From contig CAZXKC010000005.1 of assembly GCA_964641225.1 (NCBI GenBank), positions 32,134 to 96,133 on the forward strand: a stretch of 64,000 nt of DNA. Direction: 5' to 3'. A model generated the notes under the pieces. The model did not search any database, was not told where the DNA came from, and saw only the letters and a program-made list of their open reading frames with translations. Below are positions 15,749 to 27,365 of the stretch, one piece after another. The stretch's first letter is position 1. Each line of letters opens with the position of its first letter. The translations under genes and the position numbers were made by a program. This stretch comes from an uncultured Candidatus Saccharibacteria bacterium. GTDB lineage: Bacteria; Patescibacteriota; Minisyncoccia; UBA6257; 1-14-0-10-44-23.

Positions 15749-17419
15749 ATGGCAACCGATTTCAAAAGAATTGAATATCATAACCTTCGAGCCGAGGCCG
15801 GAAAACTCCCAGCCGTCATTGGCCACACAGAGGAAGTTGAAAGGCTTACGCGCGTTATCAGTCGTCGAATCAATAACAACGCGCTTATTGTCGGTGCCAG
15901 CGGAAGCGGCAAGACAACACTTCTTCGCGGCTGGATTAAACAACTTTGTGCCAACGAGGCATTTGGGCAATTGCAGTTTGTACAATTTGACGCCAGCCAT
16001 CTCCATGATTTAAGTGAGGTTGATGACACGCGGCGTTACCAAGAGGCGTTTGCTACGCTACCGCCTTCTGTTGTCTGCATTGATGGATTTGGTTCTGCTG
16101 CGCAGAATAACGCGGCGCTGATGCAGCGCATTATTCGGCTCTACACAGCATTTTTTAAGAATTCTCAGGTCCGTCTTGTACTCACGCTTTCTCCGAGTGA
16201 GTTTTCCTGGATAGAGCGCGAGTATCCGCAATTTTTGCAATCATTTGAGGTAATTACACTCAAGCAGCAGACGACTATTGAATATATTGCGATGCTGCAG
16301 CACATGCTGCCCCGACTTAATGAAAGTCATAATATTGAAGTGCCTGCCGGTGCACTGCAGGAGCTCGTTGAACTTGTTGAACGGTTTCCAAAATTAGGGA
16401 CACTGCCTCGATCGGCAATTACCCTGCTTGATGAATGTATCGCTGCAGCTGCCGCGTCGGGTTCTAAAACGCTTACTGATGAGCTAGTACAGAACGTAGT
16501 TGCCAGCAAAACTAATATTCCGGTTGCGAAACTGAAACGCAATGAACTCAGCACTGTTCGTAATTTAGAGACAGAACTCAATGAGCGTGTTGTCGGCCAA
16601 GAGGGTGCAATTAAGAAAATTGCTGCCGCACTTCAACGGGCTGCTCTTGGTATGCGTAATCCCAACAAGCCACGGGGTTCCTTCTTAATGCTGGGGCCTT
16701 CGGGAGTTGGTAAAACCGAGACGGCAAAGATGGTTGCAGAAAAAATGTTTGGCAGCGCCGAAAGCTTTATTCGCTTTGATATGAGTGAATTTGCGCAAGA
16801 GCATACTGTGCAGCGTCTGATTGGCGCTCCGGCTGGCTATGTTGGTCATGACGAAGGTGGCGCGCTTACCAATGCACTTCGTGCCCAGCCGCATAGCTTG
16901 ATTTTGCTTGATGAAATTGAAAAGGCGCACCCGAAGGTGTTTGATATTTTCTTGCAGGTACTCGACGATGGCCGTTTGACTTCAGGGCAAAACGAGACGG
17001 TTGATGCGCGTCACGCAATCATTATGATGACCTCAAACATTGCCGTGCCCGGAATTATTTCTGGTATTGAGGCAGGTAGAGATGTTCATAGTGAGCAATT
17101 TATTCAAGAAGAGGTGTTGCCGTCGCTGGCTGATGTATTTCGTCTTGAATTTATCAATCGTTTTGATCACATTCTTGTCTTTAATCCCCTTACGCTGCCG
17201 ACACTCTTAGCGATCGCTCAACTGGAAATCAAAAAGATTGAAAAGCGTTTGGCTAAGCACAATGTAGAATTTCAAATTGATCCGGCGGTGCTTGAGGAGC
17301 GCATAAAGCAACTTGCCGATCCCCGTTTCGGCGCCCGGCCGGTTAAACGATTCATCGAGGAGACGTGTGAGTCATTGCTCGTAAAATCACTTCTCAAAGA
17401 ACATGATATTGCACAGTAA
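15749..17419 (+). CDS. Compact Clp/Hsp100-family AAA+ ATPase (degenerate D1 + canonical ClpA/B D2 domain)
   Basis: D1-like GASGSGKTTLL. D2 matches are LMLGPSGVGKTETAK, the sensor region ...LILLDEIEKAHPKVFDIFLQVLDDGRLT..., and a C-terminal small domain FINRFD...ARPVKRFIEE. No N-domain or M-domain. Confidence 0.8.
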   Translation: MATDFKRIEYHNLRAEAGKLPAVIGHTEEVERLTRVISRRINNNALIVGASGSGKTTLLRGWIKQLCANEAFGQLQFVQFDASHLHDLSEVDDTRRYQEAFATLPPSVVCIDGFGSAAQNNAALMQRIIRLYTAFFKNSQVRLVLTLSPSEFSWIEREYPQFLQSFEVITLKQQTTIEYIAMLQHMLPRLNESHNIEVPAGALQELVELVERFPKLGTLPRSAITLLDECIAAAAASGSKTLTDELVQNVVASKTNIPVAKLKRNELSTVRNLETELNERVVGQEGAIKKIAAALQRAALGMRNPNKPRGSFLMLGPSGVGKTETAKMVAEKMFGSAESFIRFDMSEFAQEHTVQRLIGAPAGYVGHDEGGALTNALRAQPHSLILLDEIEKAHPKVFDIFLQVLDDGRLTSGQNETVDARHAIIMMTSNIAVPGIISGIEAGRDVHSEQFIQEEVLPSLADVFRLEFINRFDHILVFNPLTLPTLLAIAQLEIKKIEKRLAKHNVEFQIDPAVLEERIKQLADPRFGARPVKRFIEETCESLLVKSLLKEHDIAQ

Positions 17420-17735
17420 CGAAAAAGAAAAAATAAATTCGCCGGAGAAGGCAAAGGCTCGAGCTGCGGCAGACGAACGCAGTGAGTCTGGTTTAACGCT
17501 TGCTCAGGTTGAGCGAACGGTCAAAGAACGCGCGGCCATGTTACAAAGTGTTGAGCGCTTTTTACGCGTAAGTACTCGCACAGAATTACGCGAGAAATTA
17601 GAACGTGAACAGAAATTATTGCTTGCACTGGTTGAACGTGAAAAAGAAATGCGTGCACATGCGAAAAAGATGATTCATATTTTGAATAAGGCCTATTTTA
17701 TTCAAAAACCACTTGATATAAGCATCTTCGAATAA
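17403..17735 (+). CDS. Hypothetical coiled-coil protein
   Basis: 110-aa K/E/R-rich ORF overlapping the end of the Clp-like gene by 17 nt. The true start may be further downstream. Confidence 0.35.
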   Translation: MILHSNEKEKINSPEKAKARAAADERSESGLTLAQVERTVKERAAMLQSVERFLRVSTRTELREKLEREQKLLLALVEREKEMRAHAKKMIHILNKAYFIQKPLDISIFE

Positions 17736-17739
17736 CCCT

Positions 17740-19020
17740 ATGTCGTATGTAACTATTGGTATAAATGAATATCGCAGTAAAAAGGTGCCGATTCAGTCGC
17801 GCGAAACTGACCGGCTGCGCCACATGTACATGATCGGTAAAACCGGCGTGGGCAAATCAACCGTGTTTCAAAGTATGTGTTTGCAGGACATCAAGAGTGG
17901 TCAAGGAACCTGCTTTATCGATCCACACGGTGAATCGATTGATTGGTTACTTAAACGTATTCCCGCGGAGCGACTCGAGGACGTCATTTTGTTTGACCCC
18001 AGCGATACTGAGTTCCCTTTTGGGCTTAATTTGCTTGAGGGTCACACCGAGCAGGAGAAAGATTTCCTTGTTTCGGAGTGTATTCAGATTTTTTATAAAT
18101 TATTTGATCCGGAGAAAACCGGTATTATCGGCCCACAATTTGAGCACTGGCTGCGTAATGCCGCTTTGACAGTAATGGCCGGCCCTGAGGGTGGCAGCAT
18201 TATTGAGATTCCAAAATTATTTGTTGATAAGGAATTTGAGATGAGCAAACGCAAGCATTTGACCGATCCTCTCGTGATTGATTTTTGGACAAAGCAGATG
18301 ACCAAGACCTCTGATTTTCACAAGAGTGAAATGCTCAACTATTTTATGAGTAAGTTTGGCCATTTTATGAACAACGCGCTGATGCGCAACATTATTGGTC
18401 AGCATCAGAGCAGTTTTAGTTTTGATGAGGTTATGAGTGGCAAAAAAATATTGCTCGTAAATCTTTCAAAAGGAAAAATTGGCGAGATGAACGCGCATAT
18501 GCTTGGTCTGATTCTTATCTCGAAGCTTCAGGCGGCAATCCTCAAGCGTGCTAATCAACCAAGCGCAGATAGATCTCCGTTCTATTTGTACGTAGATGAG
18601 TTTCAAAATTTTGTCACCGATACCTTTGTCAGTATTTTGAGTGAATCCCGAAAATACGGACTTGGGGCGCATATTACGAATCAATACTTGGCGCAGTTGC
18701 CGGAAAAAATTAAAGACGCGGTGCTCGGCAACGTGGGTACGCTGCTTTCGTTTGAAGTCGGAGCTGAAGATGCCGAATTGTTATCAAAAGAATTCGAGCC
18801 GCTTGAGCCGGCTGATTTTATGGGGCTGCCGCGCTACAACTTTTATATTAAGCTCATGGTCAACGGTAAAACGAGTCCAGCATTTTCTGGTGTGAGCATT
18901 GCTCCGGAGGCTGCTTATGATTCCGGTCTTATGGAACAAAATGTATTCACCCTCAATCGCCTTGCCTTCGGCTCGCCGCGATTACTTGTTGAGCAGCAGA
19001 TAAAGAATCAATTGCAGTAA
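17740..19020 (+). CDS. P-loop NTPase of the DUF87 / TraD-TraG (type IV secretion coupling protein-like) family, soluble form
   Basis: Walker A MIGKTGVGKST, Walker B LYVDEFQNF, and conserved T4CP-like segments (FIDPHGE, FGLNLLEG). No TM helices. Confidence 0.55.
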   Translation: MSYVTIGINEYRSKKVPIQSRETDRLRHMYMIGKTGVGKSTVFQSMCLQDIKSGQGTCFIDPHGESIDWLLKRIPAERLEDVILFDPSDTEFPFGLNLLEGHTEQEKDFLVSECIQIFYKLFDPEKTGIIGPQFEHWLRNAALTVMAGPEGGSIIEIPKLFVDKEFEMSKRKHLTDPLVIDFWTKQMTKTSDFHKSEMLNYFMSKFGHFMNNALMRNIIGQHQSSFSFDEVMSGKKILLVNLSKGKIGEMNAHMLGLILISKLQAAILKRANQPSADRSPFYLYVDEFQNFVTDTFVSILSESRKYGLGAHITNQYLAQLPEKIKDAVLGNVGTLLSFEVGAEDAELLSKEFEPLEPADFMGLPRYNFYIKLMVNGKTSPAFSGVSIAPEAAYDSGLMEQNVFTLNRLAFGSPRLLVEQQIKNQLQ

Positions 19021-19028
19021 GCGACCTC

Positions 19029-20519
19029 CTAAAGAGAAGGATGCTTCTTATGCCAATCAGTTGCCTGCTGATATGCATAACCGACATTGAAAATCTTTTG
19101 TTCACCCCACTGTGGGCCGATGATTTGAAGGCCTACCGGCATTTGTCCTGAAGTACCTTCATCTGCTTTTGCAAAACCACACGGAATTGAAAGTGCTGGA
19201 AGGCCGGCGAGTGAACCGGGAATGTTCAGGCTGTCGGCGATATAACCAAAGAGCGGGTTGGCTGCGGCTGTGCCGATGGTTTGGGCTACGGTTGGTACTG
19301 ACGGACAGGCAAAGACATCTACTTGCTTAAAGACTTCGGCAAATTCGTTAATGATCAGACCGCGGACTTTTTGCGCTTTTTTGTAGTAGGCGTCGTAGTA
19401 GCCTGCTGAAAGTACATACGTTCCCGTCAAAATACGGCGCTTTGCTTCGCGGCCAAAACCTTCGGCTCGGCTTTTTTGATAAACCTCCAGTAAATCGTTT
19501 GCCTCTTTTGAAACGTGGCCATAGCGAATGCCGTCGTAGCGCGCCAAGTTTGAGCTGACCTCGCTCGGACAGATAATTGCGTAGACGAGCGAGCCGTATT
19601 TTGTGTTTGGGAGGTTAACGTCAACAAGTGTTGCGCCTCGTTTTTCCAATTCTTTAATTGCCTCCATCACGCGCTCTTTAACCTCGACGTTTATTCCATC
19701 TATAAAATATTCTTTTGGAATGCCAACTTTAACGCCTTTTAGATCAGCGCTAAGATTTTTTGCGTACTCCCCAACTGGGGCTTTTCCGGTCGTTGAATCC
19801 ATCGGATCCTGACCGGAAAGCGCCTCGGCCGTCAGCGCCAAGTCGTAGACCGAATACGCCACTGTACCGATACTATCGAGCGAGGAGGCCATTGAGATGA
19901 CGCCATAGCGTGAGACGCGACCATAAGTCGGCTTCCAGCCGGAAATACCACAGAGACTTGCCGGTTGGCGAATAGAGCCGCCGGTTTCGGTTGCTAGGGC
20001 CCACGGCGCGATTCCCCCGCCGACTGCAGCGGTTGAGCCTCCTGACGATCCACCAGGAATGCGTGTTGTATCCCATGGGTTTCGCGATGGGCCGTAGGCA
20101 GAGGTTTCGGTTGAGGAGCCGTGCGCAAATTCATCGAGGTTAGTTTTGCCGAGCAACACAGCACCCTGCTCTTTCAATTTTTTAATCGTGGTCGCATCGT
20201 ATGCCGGCAGATATTGGTCGAGAATTTTTGAAGATGCCGTTGTGCGCACACCCTGAGTACAAAACAGATCTTTAGCTGCGTACGGAATTCCGCATAAAAA
20301 TGGAACGGGCCCACTTTTTGCCATCATCGCGTCTGCAGCCGCAGCTTCCTTGAGTGCGACCTCTTCGGTGACGGTGACGAAGCTGTTGAGCTTGCTATCA
20401 AGTCTTTTAATTCGATCCAAAAAATACTTCGTCAGTTCTACAGACGAGACTTGTTTTGTGTCGAGCAACTTACGCAACTCGGAAAGTTCTAAAAATTCGT
20501 AATTCATAAAGCGGCTCAA
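19029..20519 (-). CDS. gatA: Glutamyl-tRNA(Gln) amidotransferase subunit A
   Basis: Amidase signature GGSSGGSTAAVGGG...TETGGSIRQPAS; 496 aa. Confidence 0.9.
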   Translation of the reverse strand: MSRFMNYEFLELSELRKLLDTKQVSSVELTKYFLDRIKRLDSKLNSFVTVTEEVALKEAAAADAMMAKSGPVPFLCGIPYAAKDLFCTQGVRTTASSKILDQYLPAYDATTIKKLKEQGAVLLGKTNLDEFAHGSSTETSAYGPSRNPWDTTRIPGGSSGGSTAAVGGGIAPWALATETGGSIRQPASLCGISGWKPTYGRVSRYGVISMASSLDSIGTVAYSVYDLALTAEALSGQDPMDSTTGKAPVGEYAKNLSADLKGVKVGIPKEYFIDGINVEVKERVMEAIKELEKRGATLVDVNLPNTKYGSLVYAIICPSEVSSNLARYDGIRYGHVSKEANDLLEVYQKSRAEGFGREAKRRILTGTYVLSAGYYDAYYKKAQKVRGLIINEFAEVFKQVDVFACPSVPTVAQTIGTAAANPLFGYIADSLNIPGSLAGLPALSIPCGFAKADEGTSGQMPVGLQIIGPQWGEQKIFNVGYAYQQATDWHKKHPSL

Positions 20520-20815
20520 TCCTTAAAAATCGCTTTTACTTTAAGATAGCCCTTTTCGCTCTCGGGCATAGCATCAATAATCCGATTACGGATATCTTCA
20601 TCGACTACGGCTACTTTGTCGTCACGGATAATATTTTTAAGTCCTGTGACCTGTGAAATATCGGGAAGTCCAGCTGTATCAACCTCCTTGAGTGCATCAA
20701 CGTATTCTAAGATGCGACTGAGGTCTTTTTGTAGGCTCGTTATCTCCTCTGGCTTAAGTTCAATACGTGCCAACTGGGCAAGGTGTTTTACTTCGTTTTC
20801 AGTGATTTCGGACAT
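20516..20815 (-). CDS. gatC: Glutamyl-tRNA(Gln) amidotransferase subunit C
   Basis: 99 aa; overlaps gatA by 4 nt; typical GatC start (VKHLAQLARIEL). Confidence 0.8.
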   Translation of the reverse strand: MSEITENEVKHLAQLARIELKPEEITSLQKDLSRILEYVDALKEVDTAGLPDISQVTGLKNIIRDDKVAVVDEDIRNRIIDAMPESEKGYLKVKAIFKD

Positions 20816-20831
20816 AGAGATAGTATACGGA

Positions 20832-22925
<2,094 letters not shown>

Positions 22926-23027
22926 CTATATATTCTAGCGTTTTCTGAGCGGATAAGCCATTGACTAGAGGGGCGTGAAAATGATACATAAGTACGTGGA
23001 CAAGAGACAAAACCAAGGAGGGTTCTA

Positions 23028-23384
23028 ATGTCCAAGTTTGTCACGCAGTCGGATCAGGAGGTCACGGTTACGGCACGGGTCGGCGAAACGGCGACTCTGC
23101 ATCTGAAGGGCGCCAGAATGACGGCCGCAATCTTGATGATGGCCTCGAACTTTCTTCGAGCCGGGTGCCCCGTGCAGTTGATCGGTCACGGATTTTGGGC
23201 TCCGAACGAAGATCGCGGAGACGAGCGTAGGGGTATTGAGGAGCAGTTCGGCGCGCTGGCTTGCGGCACCGAGGAGTTCTCGGTCACCGCGCGCGGACCT
23301 CAGGCAGGCACCAAGGGGCACCATTACGGCAGCTTCGTCGTGACGCGTCGTGGTGGTAGTTCCCACGAGCGGGAGATGGATTAA
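23028..23384 (+). CDS. High-GC (~64%) small hypothetical protein (118 aa) with strong SD; foreign cassette
   Basis: AAGGAGG lies 6 nt upstream of the ATG. GC is far above the neighbouring genes. A possible TTGACT -35 is at 22961. A terminator follows directly. Confidence 0.5.
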   Translation: MSKFVTQSDQEVTVTARVGETATLHLKGARMTAAILMMASNFLRAGCPVQLIGHGFWAPNEDRGDERRGIEEQFGALACGTEEFSVTARGPQAGTKGHHYGSFVVTRRGGSSHEREMD

Positions 23385-23390
23385 GTACGA

Positions 23391-23434
23391 CCGCGCCTTT
23401 CGGAGTCATTCCGAAGGGCGCGGCTTCTTTTTTT
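23391..23434 (+). terminator. Intrinsic terminator CCGCGCCTTTCGGA-gtcat-TCCGAAGGGCGCGG + CTTCTTTTTTT
   Basis: 13/14-bp stem followed by a T-run immediately after the 23384 stop. Confidence 0.7.
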
Positions 23435-24302
23435 ATACAAGGGAGAAGTACCACCGCGCGAGCACTTCACCATAAAATACGGCTACAAAAAATCCAATTA
23501 CAAGAAATGGACCAAAAGGTACGGCGGCTTTCATAGTGGCGCGCCGACGAGCGATCAAGAGCAGTCCTACCACTGAACCAATTACGAAGGCGGCTGCAAA
23601 GGCAATAATTGAGTCTGGCCAACCAAGAATAAGTGCCAGCGGAATAGCAAGCTTTACATCTCCCATCCCCATCCCCCGTTCTTTTGTTAAGAAGACTATG
23701 CCGCCAAAAATAAGTAGTGCGACTCCTGCTGCAATCAGTGCGCTTATCATTGGAGAATCGGGCGCGCCAAGTGTTGCACCGTAACTACCAAGAAAGCTTT
23801 GATATGGTATAAGTCCAAGAGATTTGATGGTGATCAGAACGATGCCGATTAGGCCGAGTAATATATTAGATTGATCGGGAATCAGTTGAAGTCGTAGATC
23901 GATCGCTGACAGTGTGATGCAGGTGTAGGTAGCTACGAGCCAGAGGCCGATGGTGAGATAAATCCAGATGAGTGAGTGGTCCTGTGACAGTAGCGAAATT
24001 CCTGCCAGATGACGAAATAAAAAGAATGGGAGTATCGCAGTCAGGAGGCCTGTAATTAATTCAATGAGCGGATACTGCCAACGAAGTGGTTTTTTGCAGC
24101 CGCGACAGGCACCGCACTGAATCACAAAGCTAATAATGGGAATTAACTCATACCAGTGCAGCACTTTTTTGCAGTGCATGCAGTGCGATCGCCCTTGTAC
24201 GCGTTTCGTGAAAAAAATAGACTGACCATCTTCGTATCGAAGCGACAGGACATTGATAAAGCTGCCGATTGCAACACCGAAGATAAAAAGAATAGCCCAC
24301 AT
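23433..24302 (-). CDS. pilD: Prepilin peptidase (type IV leader peptidase/N-methyltransferase, A24 family)
   Basis: N-terminal CxxC...CxxC zinc motif (CMHCKK...CGACRGC) and the multi-TM A24 peptidase core with conserved Asp residues. Confidence 0.85.
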   Translation of the reverse strand: MWAILFIFGVAIGSFINVLSLRYEDGQSIFFTKRVQGRSHCMHCKKVLHWYELIPIISFVIQCGACRGCKKPLRWQYPLIELITGLLTAILPFFLFRHLAGISLLSQDHSLIWIYLTIGLWLVATYTCITLSAIDLRLQLIPDQSNILLGLIGIVLITIKSLGLIPYQSFLGSYGATLGAPDSPMISALIAAGVALLIFGGIVFLTKERGMGMGDVKLAIPLALILGWPDSIIAFAAAFVIGSVVGLLLIARRRATMKAAVPFGPFLVIGFFVAVFYGEVLARWYFSLV

Positions 24303-24324
24303 AGCACTTATAATAACGAGTACG

Positions 24325-25395
24325 TCACTTAATCAGCATTCGTAATTCGCTTGGGTTAAGCGAATACAACTCGGCGTTTTCCGGTGTAATCAATTTACGT
24401 TTAACTAAATTTGCCAAGCCACGATTGAGTGTCATCATGCCTTCTTCTGCATTAGTTTCGATGACGACATCGATTTGGTAACCCTTTCGTTCACGGATAA
24501 GATTTCTGATCGCCGAATTAACGATCATGATTTCTGCAACTGGTACGCGCCCACCACCGATTTTTGGAACAAGGCGTTGACTGACGATAGCGACAAGTGT
24601 CGCAGAAAGTTGGCTGATTGCTTGCGTCTGCTGGCCCGACGGGAAGGTATCGATAATACGATCAATAGTTTGGCTGGCTGAATTGGTGTGTAACGTTGAA
24701 AGAACAAGGTGTCCGGTTTCGGCGGCGGTCATTGCGGTACTGATTGACTCTGAGTCGCGCATTTCACCAAGCATGATTACGTCTGGGTCTTGGCGCAGAA
24801 TTGAGCGGAGACCATTTTGAAATGAGGCGGTGTCTGAGCCTACTTCACGTTGAGAAATTACACAGCGGTCTTGAGTAAACTGATACTCAATTGGGTCTTC
24901 GATGGTGATTATATGTTCTGTTCTGGTTTTATTAATCTCATCCATGATTGCTGCAAGCGTAGTTGATTTGCCTTGCCCTGCCGGGCCGACGAGCAACACA
25001 AAGCCTTGCGACAATTTTGCTATATCATGCAAGATGGGCGGAAGATTTAATTCTTCGATTGAGCGAATTTTTGCTGGAATTAAACGAAATGCACCGGCCA
25101 TAAAACCGCGCTGGTAGAATACGTTTGCACGAAAACGAGTGCTATCTCCTTCGTATGTAAATGAGAAGTCCAGCTCTTTATTTGTTTTTAAGCGATAGAG
25201 TTGGTCTGGAGAAAGCAGCGAGGTAATTAATCCTTCGGCAACTTCAGGAGTTACAATAGGCTCTGCTTCAAGCGGTACGAGTGAACCGTCAAGACGAATA
25301 TTTGGTTTTTTCCCTACCGCAATGTGCAAGTCTGACGCATTTTGTTTTGCTGTTGTAGACAGCAATGAGTTCATGTGTTGCTTAAAGTTTTCCAT
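24325..25395 (-). CDS. pilT: Type IV pilus retraction ATPase PilT
   Basis: Walker A LLVGPAGQGKSTT, Asp box, Walker B and His box; PilT length (356 aa). Confidence 0.85.
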   Translation of the reverse strand: MENFKQHMNSLLSTTAKQNASDLHIAVGKKPNIRLDGSLVPLEAEPIVTPEVAEGLITSLLSPDQLYRLKTNKELDFSFTYEGDSTRFRANVFYQRGFMAGAFRLIPAKIRSIEELNLPPILHDIAKLSQGFVLLVGPAGQGKSTTLAAIMDEINKTRTEHIITIEDPIEYQFTQDRCVISQREVGSDTASFQNGLRSILRQDPDVIMLGEMRDSESISTAMTAAETGHLVLSTLHTNSASQTIDRIIDTFPSGQQTQAISQLSATLVAIVSQRLVPKIGGGRVPVAEIMIVNSAIRNLIRERKGYQIDVVIETNAEEGMMTLNRGLANLVKRKLITPENAELYSLNPSELRMLIK

Positions 25396-25527
25396 ACCGG
25401 GCAGTAGAAATGCGAGTTTTTAATTACAGTTTTTAATATATTTTTGGTACACCTTCAAGCAAACCACCACCATAGACTGTTTTTTGAGAAATTACGTTGC
25501 TCGCATTTTCACTGCCCGGCAGGTTCT

Positions 25528-26619
25528 TTACATTAAGTCCTTTATAGCTAAACCAAGTGCGACCGTGAGTGTAGCATTAAGTTCCGGTAAAATAGTGGTT
25601 AGTTCGGGAGGATATGCAACGGTTGTCCCGAGTGCGGTTGCATGTGTTGTTGGCAATTTGAGCTGATCTATCACGTACTGCTCTATGCCTTTGAGTTGCG
25701 ACCCTGCTCCACAGAGCACTACATTAGTAACCTGCTCTCCTGTCGCCGTAGTAAAGGAATTCATTGCCCGTCCTGCTTCAGAAAGTATAGCACCGATAAC
25801 CGGCGCAACGATCGTGGATAACTCATGTCCGCCGGCCGTTGTTGCAATGGTGCTTTGGCGTTTTAATGCCTCTGCCCTGCCAACGCTGATCGCCAAGGCC
25901 TGGGCTACTGTTTGAGTTGCCGAGTCGCTACTAAAGTCGGTCTGGGTAAGCGTATATACGACCCCGTTTTTTGCCACCGTACAGGTGCTGGAGCGACCGC
26001 CGATATCGATAATCAGCGTTGGTTCTTTGGTTGCGAGGGTTACGGCTCGCGCAATACTAATACTTTCAAGCTCAATATCTTTGATGGTGAAGCCGGCTTT
26101 TTTTGCAACATTCGTGTATTCATTAACACGATCTGTTGGGATCGCCATAAACAGAATTTTCTGATGCTTGACTCCGTCTGGATGCATAACCTCACCAACG
26201 TGCACCCATCTGATTGTTGTTTCGGTCATAGGCAACGGCAGGTATGCGCTTGCAGCAGCCATTGCTGCTGCCTCGAGTGCTCGATCTGAGGTGCTGCTGG
26301 TAGGAACATCAATAAGTGCTGTTTGGGCTATAAAAGCAGGTAGTGCGAGGTTTGCCGCAAGAGTTTTAAACTGTGCTTTATTTCGGATTTCTACTAAATA
26401 TGCATATAGATCGTCGCTTAATGGATGTAAGCTGCTCGATTGAAGTGCATTATTTAAGGTGTTTGAGCGATCTGCCAGCTCAAGCATGGCATAATTTGTC
26501 AGAGTGCGAGCGCCTTGCACGTTCGTCACCTCGGCAACTTTAATGCTGACGGTGCCGATATCGATACCTAGGCTTACTGACGAGTTTTTTGATTTCTTAA
26601 ATCTTCCAAAAAGTGACAT
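25528..26619 (-). CDS. pilM: Type IV pilus assembly protein PilM (actin-like ATPase)
   Basis: N-terminal MSLFGRFKKSK...LGIDIGTVSIKVAEV actin-fold phosphate-1 motif. Start moved to the internal ATG at 26617-26619; the track's 72-aa N-extension looks spurious. Confidence 0.8.
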   Translation of the reverse strand: MSLFGRFKKSKNSSVSLGIDIGTVSIKVAEVTNVQGARTLTNYAMLELADRSNTLNNALQSSSLHPLSDDLYAYLVEIRNKAQFKTLAANLALPAFIAQTALIDVPTSSTSDRALEAAAMAAASAYLPLPMTETTIRWVHVGEVMHPDGVKHQKILFMAIPTDRVNEYTNVAKKAGFTIKDIELESISIARAVTLATKEPTLIIDIGGRSSTCTVAKNGVVYTLTQTDFSSDSATQTVAQALAISVGRAEALKRQSTIATTAGGHELSTIVAPVIGAILSEAGRAMNSFTTATGEQVTNVVLCGAGSQLKGIEQYVIDQLKLPTTHATALGTTVAYPPELTTILPELNATLTVALGLAIKDLM

Positions 26620-26641
26620 GATACGATAATACCATATTTGT

Positions 26642-27361
26642 ATGTTGTCTTCGCTGCGAGAACATATACTTAATACTCTGTTTCCTCCTATTTGCATTGC
26701 CTGCAAGAAAGATCTTGCAAAAGATACTGCGGAATCTATTCTGTGTGTTTCATGTATGCATTCAGCCACTATGCAGCCGCAGTTAAACTGTTCTGTGTGT
26801 CGTCGTCGATTGCCGTTTGGCGAGGCTGGCATATTGCCGCGCTCTTTGCGATGTCATCCGAGCGCCTCTCATCTAATTTTTTCAGCATGCTCATATGAAC
26901 ATCCCGTCATACGGGCATTAATTTGGCATTTGAAATTTAAACGACAGACAGAAGCAGCTCAGATTTTAGGAAAATTTCTTGATGCTGCGCTCAGAGAATC
27001 GGGTATAGATCTGACTGACACCCGCGCCGTGCCGCTTCCCCTATCTGCGGCTAGATTACGAGATCGTGGTTTTAACCAAGCGGAATTAATTGCGCGCCAA
27101 TTGCATGCGCCCATCGATCATCTGCTTGTACGCATGAAGCATACACATCCGCAGTCAGAAATTGCACGTTGGGATCAGCGACGTATAAATATTGCAGGTG
27201 TTTTTGCGTTAGTAACGCATGCAGTTATTGATGACCGCGAGATTGTATTAATTGATGACGTCTGGACCTCTGGAGCAACTATGAGTGAGGCTGTGGCTGT
27301 ACTAAAAGAAGGCGGAGCACGTGATGTGCTGGCGATTGTGGTTGCCCGGGCTGGGCAGTGA
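26642..27361 (+). CDS. comF: Competence protein ComF (ComFC, phosphoribosyltransferase-like)
   Basis: N-terminal Cys-rich zinc finger (CIACKK...CVSC...CSVCRRR) and C-terminal PRTase motif VLIDDVWTSGAT. Confidence 0.8.
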   Translation: MLSSLREHILNTLFPPICIACKKDLAKDTAESILCVSCMHSATMQPQLNCSVCRRRLPFGEAGILPRSLRCHPSASHLIFSACSYEHPVIRALIWHLKFKRQTEAAQILGKFLDAALRESGIDLTDTRAVPLPLSAARLRDRGFNQAELIARQLHAPIDHLLVRMKHTHPQSEIARWDQRRINIAGVFALVTHAVIDDREIVLIDDVWTSGATMSEAVAVLKEGGARDVLAIVVARAGQ

Positions 27362-27365
27362 AATC

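Noticed and set aside
23025-23366. 113-aa ORF antisense to the high-GC small gene
   Set aside because: It has no RBS and is a mirror frame of the SD-equipped plus-strand gene in a GC-rich patch.
26620-26832. 72-aa N-terminal extension of pilM in the track ORF
   Set aside because: The conserved PilM N-terminus starts at MSLFGRFKK. The extension is Cys/His/Arg-rich, unconserved, and would overlap the comF promoter region.
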